The position numbers and the translations under genes are program-made. Positions 9,745-19,464 of a stretch of DNA of 64,000 bases are shown here, piece by piece (the stretch's first letter is position 1; each line of letters begins with the position of its first letter). Source of the stretch: a virus; IMG/VR virus record IMGVR_UViG_3300027754_005796, positions 64,001-128,000 of that record. One strand, given 5' to 3'. The notes below the pieces were generated by a model. That model was not told where the DNA came from and ran no database searches. It saw nothing but the letters and a program-made list of their open reading frames with translations.

Positions 9745-10216
9745 CAGATTACACGGTCACAAAGTGGATGTTCAAATTGTGGCTGATAGTCCAGAATTTA
9801 TACCAGAATACAAAACAGTTGGTAGTGCTGGCTGTGATTTAATGGCCAATATCCCAGCAGATGATACGGGTCGTCGTGTTGTCATGGTAATGCCAAACCA
9901 AGTTGAATGCGTAGATGCGGGATTCAGAATGGTTTTGCCTTTCGGTTGGGAGGCTCAAATTAGACCCCGTAGTAGTTTGTCTCTCAAAGGTTTGCAAGTC
10001 ACTAATTCACCCGGAACGATTGATTCAGATTATTTGGGCAGAATCAAAGTGATCGTTAGCAACACCAGTAAAAACATCATTAACATTCAGCATGGCGAGA
10101 GATTTGCACAGATGCTTATCAAGCCTGTTTGGCAAATAAATTGGATTGCTGTTAATAAAATTGGCATCACTACAGAACGAGGCGATGGCGGTTTCGGATC
10201 AACTGGTTCAAAATAA
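9725..10216 (+). CDS. dut: Trimeric dUTPase
   Basis: AGCDL, IRPRSS, GTIDSDYLG, GERFAQ, RGDGGFGSTG. Confidence 0.96.
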   Translation: MSKNLNNRLHGHKVDVQIVADSPEFIPEYKTVGSAGCDLMANIPADDTGRRVVMVMPNQVECVDAGFRMVLPFGWEAQIRPRSSLSLKGLQVTNSPGTIDSDYLGRIKVIVSNTSKNIINIQHGERFAQMLIKPVWQINWIAVNKIGITTERGDGGFGSTGSK

Positions 10217-10224
10217 GAGGAAAC

Positions 10225-10434
10225 ATGAAGATATTTGCTATTTTAAGCGTGGCTAGGCAGGTTCAAGGAGAATATGTTTGCATAAAAGCCGAAAAGGCTT
10301 TTTTGACGGCAACCAAGGCCGAAGAACATGCAAATAAGTTGTCAAAACAATTTGCCGAGACTATTTCTACGCCTGTTGGGCCTATAGAATGTGTTTGTGA
10401 GCGTGGCGTATTTGAATTAGATGTTGAGGAGTAA
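10225..10434 (+). CDS. Hypothetical protein
   Basis: GAGG RBS, 69 aa. Confidence 0.55.
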   Translation: MKIFAILSVARQVQGEYVCIKAEKAFLTATKAEEHANKLSKQFAETISTPVGPIECVCERGVFELDVEE

Positions 10435-10436
10435 AA

Positions 10437-11174
10437 ATGGCCGATCCTATTTCCGTACACAACCCTCTTGAGGGTGAGCGTCCTGAGTTAACTGTAAAAC
10501 TGCACGAAAACACCGATGATCATATTTCAATCATCGTTGTTCACAAAGACAGACCAGAATATCTGAATATTTGTTTGCAATCAATTGCAGTAACAAGCTT
10601 CAATAACAATTACGAAATCATAGTTGTTGACAATGCTAGTGGCAAGGATTCACAGGAATTCCTCAAGGACATTCAGACTGAAGTCAAAGTTGTTCGCAAT
10701 GATAAAAACCTCTTTTGGTCTGCTGCCTGTAACTTGGGCGTTCAAGCTGCCGACAAGAATAGCAAATATTTTCTGTTTTTGCATTGCGATGTTGTTGTAC
10801 TCAATCCAGCATGGATTGATCTTTTGGTAAATGTCTCCGAGGCACAGCAAAGTGGTTTCGTGGGAATTGATACCCAAAGTTACATGATGGGAAATCAGAA
10901 GGTTGATTTCTTGCAAGAATATGTGTTGTTGATGACCCGTGATTGTTGGAATGATATTGGTCCTTGGCCCGAGCAATTACCGCAAGTCGGTCCTTGTTTC
11001 ATTATGACCATGAAAGCACAACAAAAAAACCATAAGCCTCAGATCATGAAGAACCAGATCGTTCATCATTATAGAATTTTTAGCATGGACATTTCCGAGT
11101 ATGAGAGGATGACCGAACAGGCTATGGTGACCTTGCCAAAGTTGCTTACCGATATTCAGGCAAAACCAGTATGA
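10437..11174 (+). CDS. Family 2 glycosyltransferase
   Basis: ISIIVVH, EIIVVDNAS, ACNLG, FLFLHCD. Confidence 0.85.
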   Translation: MADPISVHNPLEGERPELTVKLHENTDDHISIIVVHKDRPEYLNICLQSIAVTSFNNNYEIIVVDNASGKDSQEFLKDIQTEVKVVRNDKNLFWSAACNLGVQAADKNSKYFLFLHCDVVVLNPAWIDLLVNVSEAQQSGFVGIDTQSYMMGNQKVDFLQEYVLLMTRDCWNDIGPWPEQLPQVGPCFIMTMKAQQKNHKPQIMKNQIVHHYRIFSMDISEYERMTEQAMVTLPKLLTDIQAKPV

Positions 11175-11863
11175 AAGCAACATTTAAGAATGAAGTAGCT
11201 GCGGTATTTGACGATGTCTTTGAGCCAGACATCTACAAATACTTCATCAGTTTTTTCAATTCACAGAATTTTTCATTTCGTAGCTCTGGGCCTTGGCATA
11301 AAATTTGGAAAATTAATGACGGTGAATTTTTAGCTGGTCAGGAAGTTTCCAGCACGCAGATGCCTTTGAACAATCCTTATGATTGGCTCTACACTCAGAT
11401 TCACGGACTTGCCACTAATCACCTTAAAGACATCGTTGGAGAGGAAGGCAAAGATTGGTGTGAGATCGCAATTAGACCTTACATTTATCCCGCTGGAACT
11501 AAAATTTCTTGGCATGATGATTACGGTTATACTGCTGCTTGTATTTTTTATTGCCACCAAGAGTGGAATCCATTCTGGGGTGGTGAATTGATGTTGGCCA
11601 ATACTCCACCTCATGATGTTCTTGATACAACTGTTGGAAACGATGACAGTATCAATCGTTTATACAGCAAGCAGTTACTAAATCACTATGGCTTTGGAAT
11701 GTATTTTTCACCCAATCCCAATCGTTTGCTTTTCACCAAGGGTGGCGTTTGGCACGCAATTAATCGTGTAGATCAGTCTGCTGGCGACAATATTCGTGCA
11801 TCCGTGGTTGCTTTTTTCAGGAAGACTCCTTGTCAATCAATGGAGCAACCTTCTCAGTCATAA
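11171..11863 (+). CDS. 2OG-Fe(II) oxygenase (prolyl-hydroxylase-like)
   Basis: WHDD, WGGEL, PNRL, WHAINRV, R-A-S. Confidence 0.85.
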   Translation: MKATFKNEVAAVFDDVFEPDIYKYFISFFNSQNFSFRSSGPWHKIWKINDGEFLAGQEVSSTQMPLNNPYDWLYTQIHGLATNHLKDIVGEEGKDWCEIAIRPYIYPAGTKISWHDDYGYTAACIFYCHQEWNPFWGGELMLANTPPHDVLDTTVGNDDSINRLYSKQLLNHYGFGMYFSPNPNRLLFTKGGVWHAINRVDQSAGDNIRASVVAFFRKTPCQSMEQPSQS

Positions 11864-12308
11864 ATTTGTGCCACTCTGGATTGTTCCAGATGACCGGCGC
11901 ATGATTTGAGTATGTTGCTGCATAACTCATGCAAAAAACTTCTTCGTCATTTTGTTTCAAGGCCTCTTTTTGAGCTTTTTTATCAAATTTAGACATTTGT
12001 TCTTTTTTGGTTCTCGCAACTAATTCCGACCACTCTTTTCGCAATTTTGCCGACATCAAATATTCCCAGACTAAATGTGCAATTTCATGAAGAGTGGTGA
12101 AGCTACGACTGTAGTTCCAAGGGGCTGCTACAACGATTTTATCTTTGTGAATATATCCTATGTGTTGGTTGTCACCATTGAGTGTGTTGCCGGGGGTGTA
12201 TCTAAATTTGTAACCTTGCAATAGTTTTCTGTGTCCAGCGGGTAAGATGGATAACAGCTTTTCAACATTGCGTTTTTCTTCAGATTCTAAAAATTGTTTA
12301 AAATTCAT
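11817..12308 (-). CDS. Zinc metallopeptidase-like (HExxH) protein
   Basis: TLHEIAH...EEVFC; MNFKQFLE N-terminus; TATAAATA upstream. Confidence 0.65.
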   Translation of the reverse strand: MNFKQFLESEEKRNVEKLLSILPAGHRKLLQGYKFRYTPGNTLNGDNQHIGYIHKDKIVVAAPWNYSRSFTTLHEIAHLVWEYLMSAKLRKEWSELVARTKKEQMSKFDKKAQKEALKQNDEEVFCMSYAATYSNHAPVIWNNPEWHKFMTEKVAPLIDKESS

Positions 12309-12331
12309 CCCTGCCCCTTTTTATTTTAAAT

Positions 12332-12339
12332 TATTTATA
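12332..12339 (-). promoter_or_regulatory. T4-type late promoter TATAAATA
   Basis: Exact TATAAATA on the minus strand upstream of ORF 12308. Confidence 0.45.
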
Positions 12340-12365
12340 CAAATTTGTCACTAAATTTATAATAT

Positions 12366-12629
12366 CATGGGCCGTGAGGCGGGAACCGATTGCCCTAATT
12401 ATCGGGATTTTTTTGTGTTTCTACTAAAAACACAACGCTTGTCTCCCTGCGAATGGGTGTCGGGTAACGAAAATGACCCTAATAGTACGGAAAGCCTTGA
12501 AAGAGCAGCAATCTTTCAACTGTGATTTGAATGAAAGTCGTCCATGATTTGTAAAATCAGCCTTGTGCCGGAAAGTTTCTGTGGACTGTCAATAATTCAA
12601 AGGAGCCTTGTGGCAACACAAGGCTCTTT
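12366..12629 (+). ncRNA. Unassigned multi-stem structured RNA or phoH leader
   Basis: ORF-free ~350 bp gap with many nested helices, upstream TATAAT and a terminal 10-bp GCAA hairpin. Confidence 0.55.
12603..12629 (+). terminator. Terminator-like hairpin
   Basis: GAGCCTTGTG-GCAA-CACAAGGCTC-TTT. Confidence 0.65.
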
Positions 12630-12659
12630 AAATTAAATGTTCTAAACTATAGATAAAGC

Positions 12660-14426
12660 ATGGCAAAACAAAAACCAAAAAGAGTTGTAAAGCAAGAAAA
12701 ACCAGCACCAGAGGCAGGCAGCAGAAGACCCTTCCATCTTGAGTTCAAAACACCGGCTCAAAAGATGGCGTGGGCAGCATTCGATCAACACGATGTGTTG
12801 TTCTTGCTGGGCGCTCCGGGTACGGGAAAGGCTTTAACATTAAATTCAAAGCTTTATACTCGTAATAGATACATTTTGATGAGAGATGTAAAAGTTGGCG
12901 ATGAAATTGCCAATCCAGATGGTAATTTTTCTAAAGTAACAGGTGTTTTTCCTCAGGGAAAAAAGCAAGTTTGTCGAGTTCATTTTAGCGATGGTACTTA
13001 TGTAGATTGCTGCGAGGAACACCTGTGGACGATTTCTCAGACAGCTAGTAGAGGCTGGAAAAATCAGGTCAAGACAACTGCATATATTGAAAAAAATCAT
13101 TTAAGAAGCGATGGTCATAGAGCATTTTCTGTTATAGCCACTAAACCATTGAATTTTGATAGGCAAAAATTTTTGATAAATCCTTATTTGCTGGGTGTTT
13201 TTATTGCTGAAGGAAATTTGACTAATGCAAATGTAGTCTTTAGTTCTTGTGAGTCAGAAATTGTTTCGAGGATTGCAAATTCACTTTGCGAAGGTTATGT
13301 TTGTAAATCAAAAACAAAATTTAATACAGAAGCTGCCGATCATCGGATTGTAAAAAAGAATAGAAGTAGCTGTAAGAACATCTACAAAGAGAACTTAAAA
13401 GATTTGGGCCTTTGGGGTAAAAAGTCTTACGAAAAGTTTATACCGCTTGAATATCAATATTGTGCTGTCGATCAAAGAATCGCCTTGTTGCAAGGACTTA
13501 TGGATGGTGATGGCACAATAGATAAAAACGGTTCTTGTAGTTACTGCACAACTTCATACCAATTGGCTCAAGATTTTTGTCAATTGATATATTCTTTGGG
13601 TGGATCGACAAAAATAAAGATAAAAAAAGGTTCTGCTAAACCCGATGGTACTCGTCACAGAATTTCCTATAGATGTCATGTGAATCTTCCGGCAGAAATA
13701 GAAATTTTTTTCTTGAATAGAAAAAAAAGATTGGTAAAAGCAAGGTCCAAGTATTTCCCCAAAAGAATGATCGACCGTGTGGAAAGATTGAATTACGAAG
13801 ACATGCAATGCATTACTGTTGATCATAAAGATTCTTTGTTTTTAACTGACAATTTTACTGTGACTCACAATTCACATCTGGGTTGTGCTTTTGCAATCAG
13901 CGAGGTACTTGCAAAAAGAAAACAAACAATTGTTCTAACAAGGCCGACTGTGGAGGCTGGAGGGGAAAGCCTAGGATTTTTGCCGGGAAATGCAGATGAA
14001 AAAATCCATCCTTACATGCTCCCACTTTTTGACTGCATGGACAGGTGCTTGGGGAAATTTTCGCCTCAGAGAGAAATAATTAACAAAAGCGTTGAACTGG
14101 CTCCCATGTGTTTCATGAGAGGTCGCACATTCCACGATTCGGTGTGTATTTTGGACGAAGCTCAAAATTGTAATTTTACTCAGTTGAAATTATTCTTAAC
14201 GAGATTTGGAGAGAACAGCAAAGTCATCATCACGGGAGACCCGATGCAAAGTGATTTGCATCCTAGGGACAGAGCTTTGATGAATGTTGTTGATAGGCTT
14301 TCTACATTGAAGGGTGTGGGTGTTATACAGTTCAAATCCAACGCAATCGTGCGACATCCGCTAATTGCTGGTATTCTCGAAAAATTGGAAGCAAAGGAGG
14401 AGCATGGCTCTAGTAGTACCGAATGA
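12660..14426 (+). CDS. phoH: PhoH-family ATPase, intein-containing
   Basis: GAPGTGK|S, LTRP, LGFLPG, MRGRTF, ILDEAQN, GDPMQSD, IVRHPL. Confidence 0.95.
   Translation: MAKQKPKRVVKQEKPAPEAGSRRPFHLEFKTPAQKMAWAAFDQHDVLFLLGAPGTGKALTLNSKLYTRNRYILMRDVKVGDEIANPDGNFSKVTGVFPQGKKQVCRVHFSDGTYVDCCEEHLWTISQTASRGWKNQVKTTAYIEKNHLRSDGHRAFSVIATKPLNFDRQKFLINPYLLGVFIAEGNLTNANVVFSSCESEIVSRIANSLCEGYVCKSKTKFNTEAADHRIVKKNRSSCKNIYKENLKDLGLWGKKSYEKFIPLEYQYCAVDQRIALLQGLMDGDGTIDKNGSCSYCTTSYQLAQDFCQLIYSLGGSTKIKIKKGSAKPDGTRHRISYRCHVNLPAEIEIFFLNRKKRLVKARSKYFPKRMIDRVERLNYEDMQCITVDHKDSLFLTDNFTVTHNSHLGCAFAISEVLAKRKQTIVLTRPTVEAGGESLGFLPGNADEKIHPYMLPLFDCMDRCLGKFSPQREIINKSVELAPMCFMRGRTFHDSVCILDEAQNCNFTQLKLFLTRFGENSKVIITGDPMQSDLHPRDRALMNVVDRLSTLKGVGVIQFKSNAIVRHPLIAGILEKLEAKEEHGSSSTE
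12831..13871 (+). mobile_element. Class 3 intein with LAGLIDADG homing endonuclease
   Basis: Inserted in the P-loop GK|S; begins Ala (ALTLNS), HLW, MQCITVD, ends VTHN before Ser; LLGVFIAEG and LQGLMDGDG. Confidence 0.9.
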
Positions 14427-14826
14427 GGGAGAATTAGAACTCCTTAAAAAACTTTTGATCAATGCGACAGATAGTGAAAACTATTTAGTTCGTCTTTACC
14501 AGAATGATCCAACTTTGGATGATGCTACAACTCTGACAGATTTTACTCAGACTACCTTTACAAGCTACGCTGAAACAACTATGGTTCGTGGCGTTGCTGG
14601 AAACTGTTGGGCCACTCCATCTACGGTTTCAGACAAGGCCCAATCTAGCGGAACTGCACAATCATGGACTTGTGGCGCAACAGGAGACACCATCATTGGT
14701 TACTATGTCGTAGGAAGTTCAAGTAATAAGGTTTTGTGGGCTGAGAAGTTCAGTACGGCTAGAGTTCTCGCTTCAGGCGACATTCTCAATCTTACTCCAC
14801 AATTCACTCTGAACAGCGCAAACTAA
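14404..14826 (+). CDS. Probable virion structural protein
   Basis: MALVVPNEGE...RLYQND...GYYVV...LWAEKF...GDILNLTP; T/S-rich; GGAGG RBS. Confidence 0.65.
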   Translation: MALVVPNEGELELLKKLLINATDSENYLVRLYQNDPTLDDATTLTDFTQTTFTSYAETTMVRGVAGNCWATPSTVSDKAQSSGTAQSWTCGATGDTIIGYYVVGSSSNKVLWAEKFSTARVLASGDILNLTPQFTLNSAN

Positions 14827-14839
14827 TTTTTAATATCAT

Positions 14840-14875
14840 AAAATCCCCGGTCTTTGGCTGGGGATTTTGTTTTTT
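14840..14875 (+). terminator. Intrinsic terminator
   Basis: AAAATCCCCGG...CTGGGGATTTT followed by T-run. Confidence 0.7.
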
Positions 14876-14893
14876 GTCAGAGTACATATTTAC

Positions 14894-16561
14894 ATGCCTG
14901 AAGAATTTGATGAATATGCTGATGGTGGTGTACTCGCCGGAGGATCATGGGGGACCACTTTCCCCATCACGGGTTCCGGTGGAGTTACAATTGCTGGTAA
15001 TTCCACATCTAATATAAGTGTAGCATTTGATCTTGAAGGTGAATGGTATGTAAACGCCTATGTATTCTTTGATTTGGAAGCCAATTGGGGTTTAGGCGAA
15101 CAACCATTAAGTTGGTATAGGGTACAAGGATGCTGCAATTATCCAACCGCTGCTGGAAGTGGATTGCCAACAGGTCCACAATATCCCGGCGGTTGCGATG
15201 TAATGGGCATTCAGACCGATGATGCCAATTGCGTTGGTGCGATAGGAAAGCAGCAGTTTATTCAAAATATTCTTGCAAGAAGCGTAATCGATGTTTGCAA
15301 CGAATTGACTAGAAGCAAGTTGCGATGGCAGATTTGTAGTATAAAAAAGTGGAGTCGTCCTGCTGATCCCACTTATATATCTGCCGAAGATACCTGCAAT
15401 ACTCTTACTGAAGTTCCTTATTCTTCGATACCAGAGTGTATAGAATTTGTTCTTCAGACCAAAGCCACGGTTATGATTGGCGTAACCATCACTTTATACG
15501 AAGATTTTCAGGTAGCCTCATCTCAAAGCGGAAAAACACGGCTGTCATATGTCGGTGGCAGTTATTTGGACGGTATGCAAAATATCGTTACCGGTCCAAC
15601 AACAGTTCAAACCGTGAGTGTTTTTGGAAATGCAGCAACGATTATCCAAAGTGGTGGTACAACTCCGACCACAAATGAATACTTTTTTGGGAGCAATGGC
15701 GGTGCTAAATGTGGTGGAGTAGCAGTAGTTGCCCACTTGTCTCAAAGCGGTGTCTCTAAAGATTTGGCAGAATATCTCGTAAGTATTGACTGTAAAGTAT
15801 TCATTCCAGATAATCCAAATACAGGTTTGCCATTTGAAGAAATTATCTTTGGCGAACCGACAATTACCACCGCTTCTTTGATTTTGCCTACAGGTATTGT
15901 GACAACAGCTTGCGGATCATGTGATGCAATGCCGTTGAACATTTATATGCAACACAATTTGGCAAATGCTGGTGTGTTAAATAATTTCTTGATCAGAAAT
16001 GGTTTGACTTTTGCAAATGTTTTGCAATTAAGCTACAACAGTAATTTAAGCATGTGGGTTGCTGTTCAGCATTTCAATGGGATTGCCGATGATAATGCTA
16101 ACACAGAAGCTTGGCGATTTACATTTGATCTAGATTGCACAAATGAAGTTGCAGGAGATTCAACGGGTGCTTCTGTAATTAAATTTGGTGTGACGGTGAC
16201 GAGAAAAAACAACTTCACAAATGTTGTTTATGACAGCAGAATTATGATTCTGTTGCCTTCGATTGACACATGCAATTTCATCAGAAATTTTTATACAGAC
16301 TTGAACATATCATTAAATACAAAAACTAATTACATTTTGAATGACGCTCAAGTTGTCCCAGATACTGTTATCCTTTATGATAAGATAGGAATGTTTGCCA
16401 CGACTTACTGGAACAAAAGCCCTGAAATATTGTTAAGATTTTCAAGGCAAAACATGGAAATTAAGTACGATAGGCGAAACATCGGAAGCCTGTTCCCGAA
16501 GGCTGTGAGCTATCGAGGAGTCGGTTCTCAGGTCAGTCCGACACCCACGGCAATTGCTTAA
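14894..16561 (+). CDS. Probable virion structural protein
   Basis: Long G/T/S/C-rich ORF with GSGGVTIAG-type motifs, next to a structural gene. Confidence 0.55.
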   Translation: MPEEFDEYADGGVLAGGSWGTTFPITGSGGVTIAGNSTSNISVAFDLEGEWYVNAYVFFDLEANWGLGEQPLSWYRVQGCCNYPTAAGSGLPTGPQYPGGCDVMGIQTDDANCVGAIGKQQFIQNILARSVIDVCNELTRSKLRWQICSIKKWSRPADPTYISAEDTCNTLTEVPYSSIPECIEFVLQTKATVMIGVTITLYEDFQVASSQSGKTRLSYVGGSYLDGMQNIVTGPTTVQTVSVFGNAATIIQSGGTTPTTNEYFFGSNGGAKCGGVAVVAHLSQSGVSKDLAEYLVSIDCKVFIPDNPNTGLPFEEIIFGEPTITTASLILPTGIVTTACGSCDAMPLNIYMQHNLANAGVLNNFLIRNGLTFANVLQLSYNSNLSMWVAVQHFNGIADDNANTEAWRFTFDLDCTNEVAGDSTGASVIKFGVTVTRKNNFTNVVYDSRIMILLPSIDTCNFIRNFYTDLNISLNTKTNYILNDAQVVPDTVILYDKIGMFATTYWNKSPEILLRFSRQNMEIKYDRRNIGSLFPKAVSYRGVGSQVSPTPTAIA

Positions 16562-16572
16562 AGGTTGATCAC

Positions 16573-16914
16573 ATGGAATTTTATGGAATTATTTTTATTT
16601 TGATTTTAGGTTTTTTAAATTTAACCCTACTTTTCTTTCTTGGAACATTTATTGTTCGCATGAACGAGAGGCTTAATTCAATTCTGACCGATCTTGTTGA
16701 TGTGATAGGCTCGAGCATGACTACGGTTCCTCCAGATGATTCGGATGTACAGCAAAAAACATGGGATCAGAAATTTGAAGAGCAAATAGATGCTGCTACT
16801 CGGCGCATGAGGGCCACATCAAATCTGAAGGATTTGCCTGTTGGAGCAACCTATGAATCGCAGAATACTTTGAACAAAAAAGCTAATGATGGCTTGATTA
16901 TTATTGATAAATAA
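16573..16914 (+). CDS. Membrane protein, hypothetical
   Basis: N-terminal TM helix. Confidence 0.55.
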   Translation: MEFYGIIFILILGFLNLTLLFFLGTFIVRMNERLNSILTDLVDVIGSSMTTVPPDDSDVQQKTWDQKFEEQIDAATRRMRATSNLKDLPVGATYESQNTLNKKANDGLIIIDK

Positions 16915-16940
16915 TTTAATTTTGTGGCATGGGGGTTATC

Positions 16941-17966
16941 ATGACGCAAAGGCGATTGAAGTACAAGAAATTTGATTCTGGGCGCAGGTTTGGTGTTGAA
17001 ATTGAGGTCGGTAGCGACATCAAGAAAAAAGAAGTCCAGCAGGCAATTAAGACTGTTTCAAATTTGCAAGTTTATGTTTCCAGATATTCCCTTACAACAA
17101 ATAATATTTATTGGCATGTCAAGGACGATTCAAGTTGTGGAAACAGGGGAAGAACTGGTCCCAAAGGTGTTGAAATTGCATCTTTTATTGGAAGAGGAGT
17201 TGCGGATATCAACCACATCTGTGAAGTTGCTGCAAAACTCAAGGAAATAGGTTGCAAGGTAAATGATTTTTGTGGTTTGCATATTCACGCAGAAGTTGTT
17301 GATCTTTCAATCAAACAAGTGGCTACGATTGCGGCCTATTGGATGAAGATAGAAAATGTTTTGTCCATGTCTCTTCCTCCAAGAAGAATTAGAAATCACT
17401 TTTGTCAGTTCATGTTCGATCCCAGAAGTATTCATCTTTTTAAAGAAGGAGTGGAATCATTTGGTCAAATCTTAAGTCGCCAATGTCGTTACAGTCCAGA
17501 AATTTTTTGGACTGTAATTTGCCCGAAAGACATATCTTTTTATGATAATGCGGAGCGTAGGTTTAATTTAAATCTTGTCAACTTCGTCAGAGCAAGAAAA
17601 TATCCGGCTTCAGCCCGTGGCACTATTGAATTGCGGTGGCCAGAGGGCACTCTTGAACCACTAGACATCCGTTGTTGGATCAAATTATTTTTAAATTTCA
17701 TCGAATCGTGTAAAAATAAGCCTATGCCCAAGAATCTTTTGCCATGTGATTTGAAGACAGCACTTGAGTACCTTGGGTTGCATCACAATAAAAAATCATT
17801 TTTTGTTCTTAGTTCTGGCATTCATGAAACCAAAACTTGGTTTCTAAACAGAATATTACAAATGCCACCAAGTGATCAACTCAATGAGTCTGTTCAAGAG
17901 GAAATACGGTTGGATGCAACTAGTATTCTGAACGACATGTGGAGTCCCATCAAAAAATACTCTTGA
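16941..17966 (+). CDS. Putative amidoligase (COOH-NH2 ligase type)
   Basis: RRFGVEIE, WHVKDDSS, EIAS, CGLHIH, TIELR. Confidence 0.85.
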   Translation: MTQRRLKYKKFDSGRRFGVEIEVGSDIKKKEVQQAIKTVSNLQVYVSRYSLTTNNIYWHVKDDSSCGNRGRTGPKGVEIASFIGRGVADINHICEVAAKLKEIGCKVNDFCGLHIHAEVVDLSIKQVATIAAYWMKIENVLSMSLPPRRIRNHFCQFMFDPRSIHLFKEGVESFGQILSRQCRYSPEIFWTVICPKDISFYDNAERRFNLNLVNFVRARKYPASARGTIELRWPEGTLEPLDIRCWIKLFLNFIESCKNKPMPKNLLPCDLKTALEYLGLHHNKKSFFVLSSGIHETKTWFLNRILQMPPSDQLNESVQEEIRLDATSILNDMWSPIKKYS

Positions 17967-18023
17967 ACCACTATCATACATTGACTGTTTAACTTTAACT
18001 TTAAAAACCACAAAAGGAACTTT

Positions 18024-18557
18024 ATGAAACTCACAGACCGTAATCAATTGATTTCAGGGAACATGGACTTGGCGAGAAAGGTTGCTCGCTACAAAAAAAA
18101 GAGTCTTTTCAATGTTTACTTAGAAGACTTAGAGGCAGCAGCTTTTCTGGGTCTTGTTCAGGCAGCAGGGTCTTTTCAACCGGAAAAATGCGAAGACTTT
18201 CAGGCTTTTGCTGTTCGTCGCATAATTGGCGCAGTTCAAGATTATTTGCGGGAATTGTCTTGGGGCAAGAGAAGCAATTGCTGGAATCGTGAAGATTCAG
18301 ATGAACTGTTGAAGTTGGAATATGAGCCACAAAGACAACATGATTTTGAAATTTTCGAGACAATAATAAGCTGTTTGCCGCATCGTTGGAAAATAGTAGT
18401 CAGAAAGTATTATCTGCACGGCGAATCATTAAAAATGATTGCAGAATATTTGGGCATCACAGAGGGTAGAGTTTCGCACTTGTTGTCACAAGCCAAGATG
18501 AAAATGCAAGTTTTTTGGGAAAAAGACAACATTCAATTATGGGAGTCTGTGGCTTAA
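18024..18557 (+). CDS. Sigma-70 family factor, FliA/sigma-28-like (regions 2 and 4)
   Basis: EDLEAAAFLGLVQAA..F, FAVRRIIGAVQDYLR, SLKMIAEYLGITEGRVSHL. Confidence 0.9.
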   Translation: MKLTDRNQLISGNMDLARKVARYKKKSLFNVYLEDLEAAAFLGLVQAAGSFQPEKCEDFQAFAVRRIIGAVQDYLRELSWGKRSNCWNREDSDELLKLEYEPQRQHDFEIFETIISCLPHRWKIVVRKYYLHGESLKMIAEYLGITEGRVSHLLSQAKMKMQVFWEKDNIQLWESVA

Positions 18558-18582
18558 ATACAGCATAGAAGCGGAGAGCATT

Positions 18583-19446
18583 ATGAAAAAATATCTAAGC
18601 ATTTCTTTGATTATGTTTTTGCTTGTTCCGACATATGCTCAAGAGCCAGCAACTGAAACGCCTCCCGTTGATCCAGAACTAAAAGATTTGTCTTGGAACA
18701 GGTATGCAACAAAAAGTTTCACAATTCTCAGCATAGACAATGAAAAGGGCAAATGGCTTTCGGAAAATGTTGAGGAAATCAAAGCCTCCTCTTTAACTCG
18801 ATGGGGATTCCCAGATGTAAAATTCAGCAAGGAATGTCGTCTTTTTGCTGTGCCTAATTTTAGCTTGTTGCAAAAGCTTTTTAATTCGACTGCTCCAAGA
18901 GTCCAGTTTAGAAAAGAACTCAATGCAGCATGGTTGGTTGTTGATGATAAACCAAATAAAACCGTTCTTCCATATGTGACTCAGGTGGCTCTGGCAGAAT
19001 ATGAAAATGGACACAACACCACGCTGCCTTGGTGGTTTAAAAGAGGGGCAATCAACCTCAACTCTTCGGTTGTTGATGTGCGACAAAGTTTAAAGAATTT
19101 CTATGATTTGGCAAGAAAAGAGCAGTTTTCTTTTACGACCGAGCAGATGTTGCAATTCACCGAAGATGATTACAACAAGCAAAACATGGACAACAAGAAG
19201 ATTTTTGATCAGCAGTCCATGTGTCTGTGTCTATTGCTTCGCAAGGAGTTTGGCGAAGCCAAGTTGCAAGGTTTTTTAAGAATGCAAAGTAAGAATAAGC
19301 CCGAAGATGTTTTGAATGTCGTGTATGGCTTTAAAAGTTACTCTCAGTTTGAAAAAAGTTATATTCAATTTATGAAGGACCTTACTTCCGATGTTGACGA
19401 CAACGATTGTCCAGATGCCTATCTGGAAATAATCGCTGCTCGATGA
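18583..19446 (+). CDS. Secreted peptidase-MA-like protein, probably inactive
   Basis: Signal peptide; VLPYVTQVAL...LPWWFKRG...DQQS track the LxHExxH...LPxWxxEG...YxQS pattern without Zn ligands. Confidence 0.5.
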   Translation: MKKYLSISLIMFLLVPTYAQEPATETPPVDPELKDLSWNRYATKSFTILSIDNEKGKWLSENVEEIKASSLTRWGFPDVKFSKECRLFAVPNFSLLQKLFNSTAPRVQFRKELNAAWLVVDDKPNKTVLPYVTQVALAEYENGHNTTLPWWFKRGAINLNSSVVDVRQSLKNFYDLARKEQFSFTTEQMLQFTEDDYNKQNMDNKKIFDQQSMCLCLLLRKEFGEAKLQGFLRMQSKNKPEDVLNVVYGFKSYSQFEKSYIQFMKDLTSDVDDNDCPDAYLEIIAAR

Positions 19447-19464
19447 CAAAGGTTAGGAGAACAA

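Noticed and set aside
12366-12629. tmRNA, RNase P RNA, group I intron or cobalamin riboswitch
   Set aside because: No T-arm/CCA end, no GAGGAAAGTCC, no P7 R/S elements and no B12 box seen.
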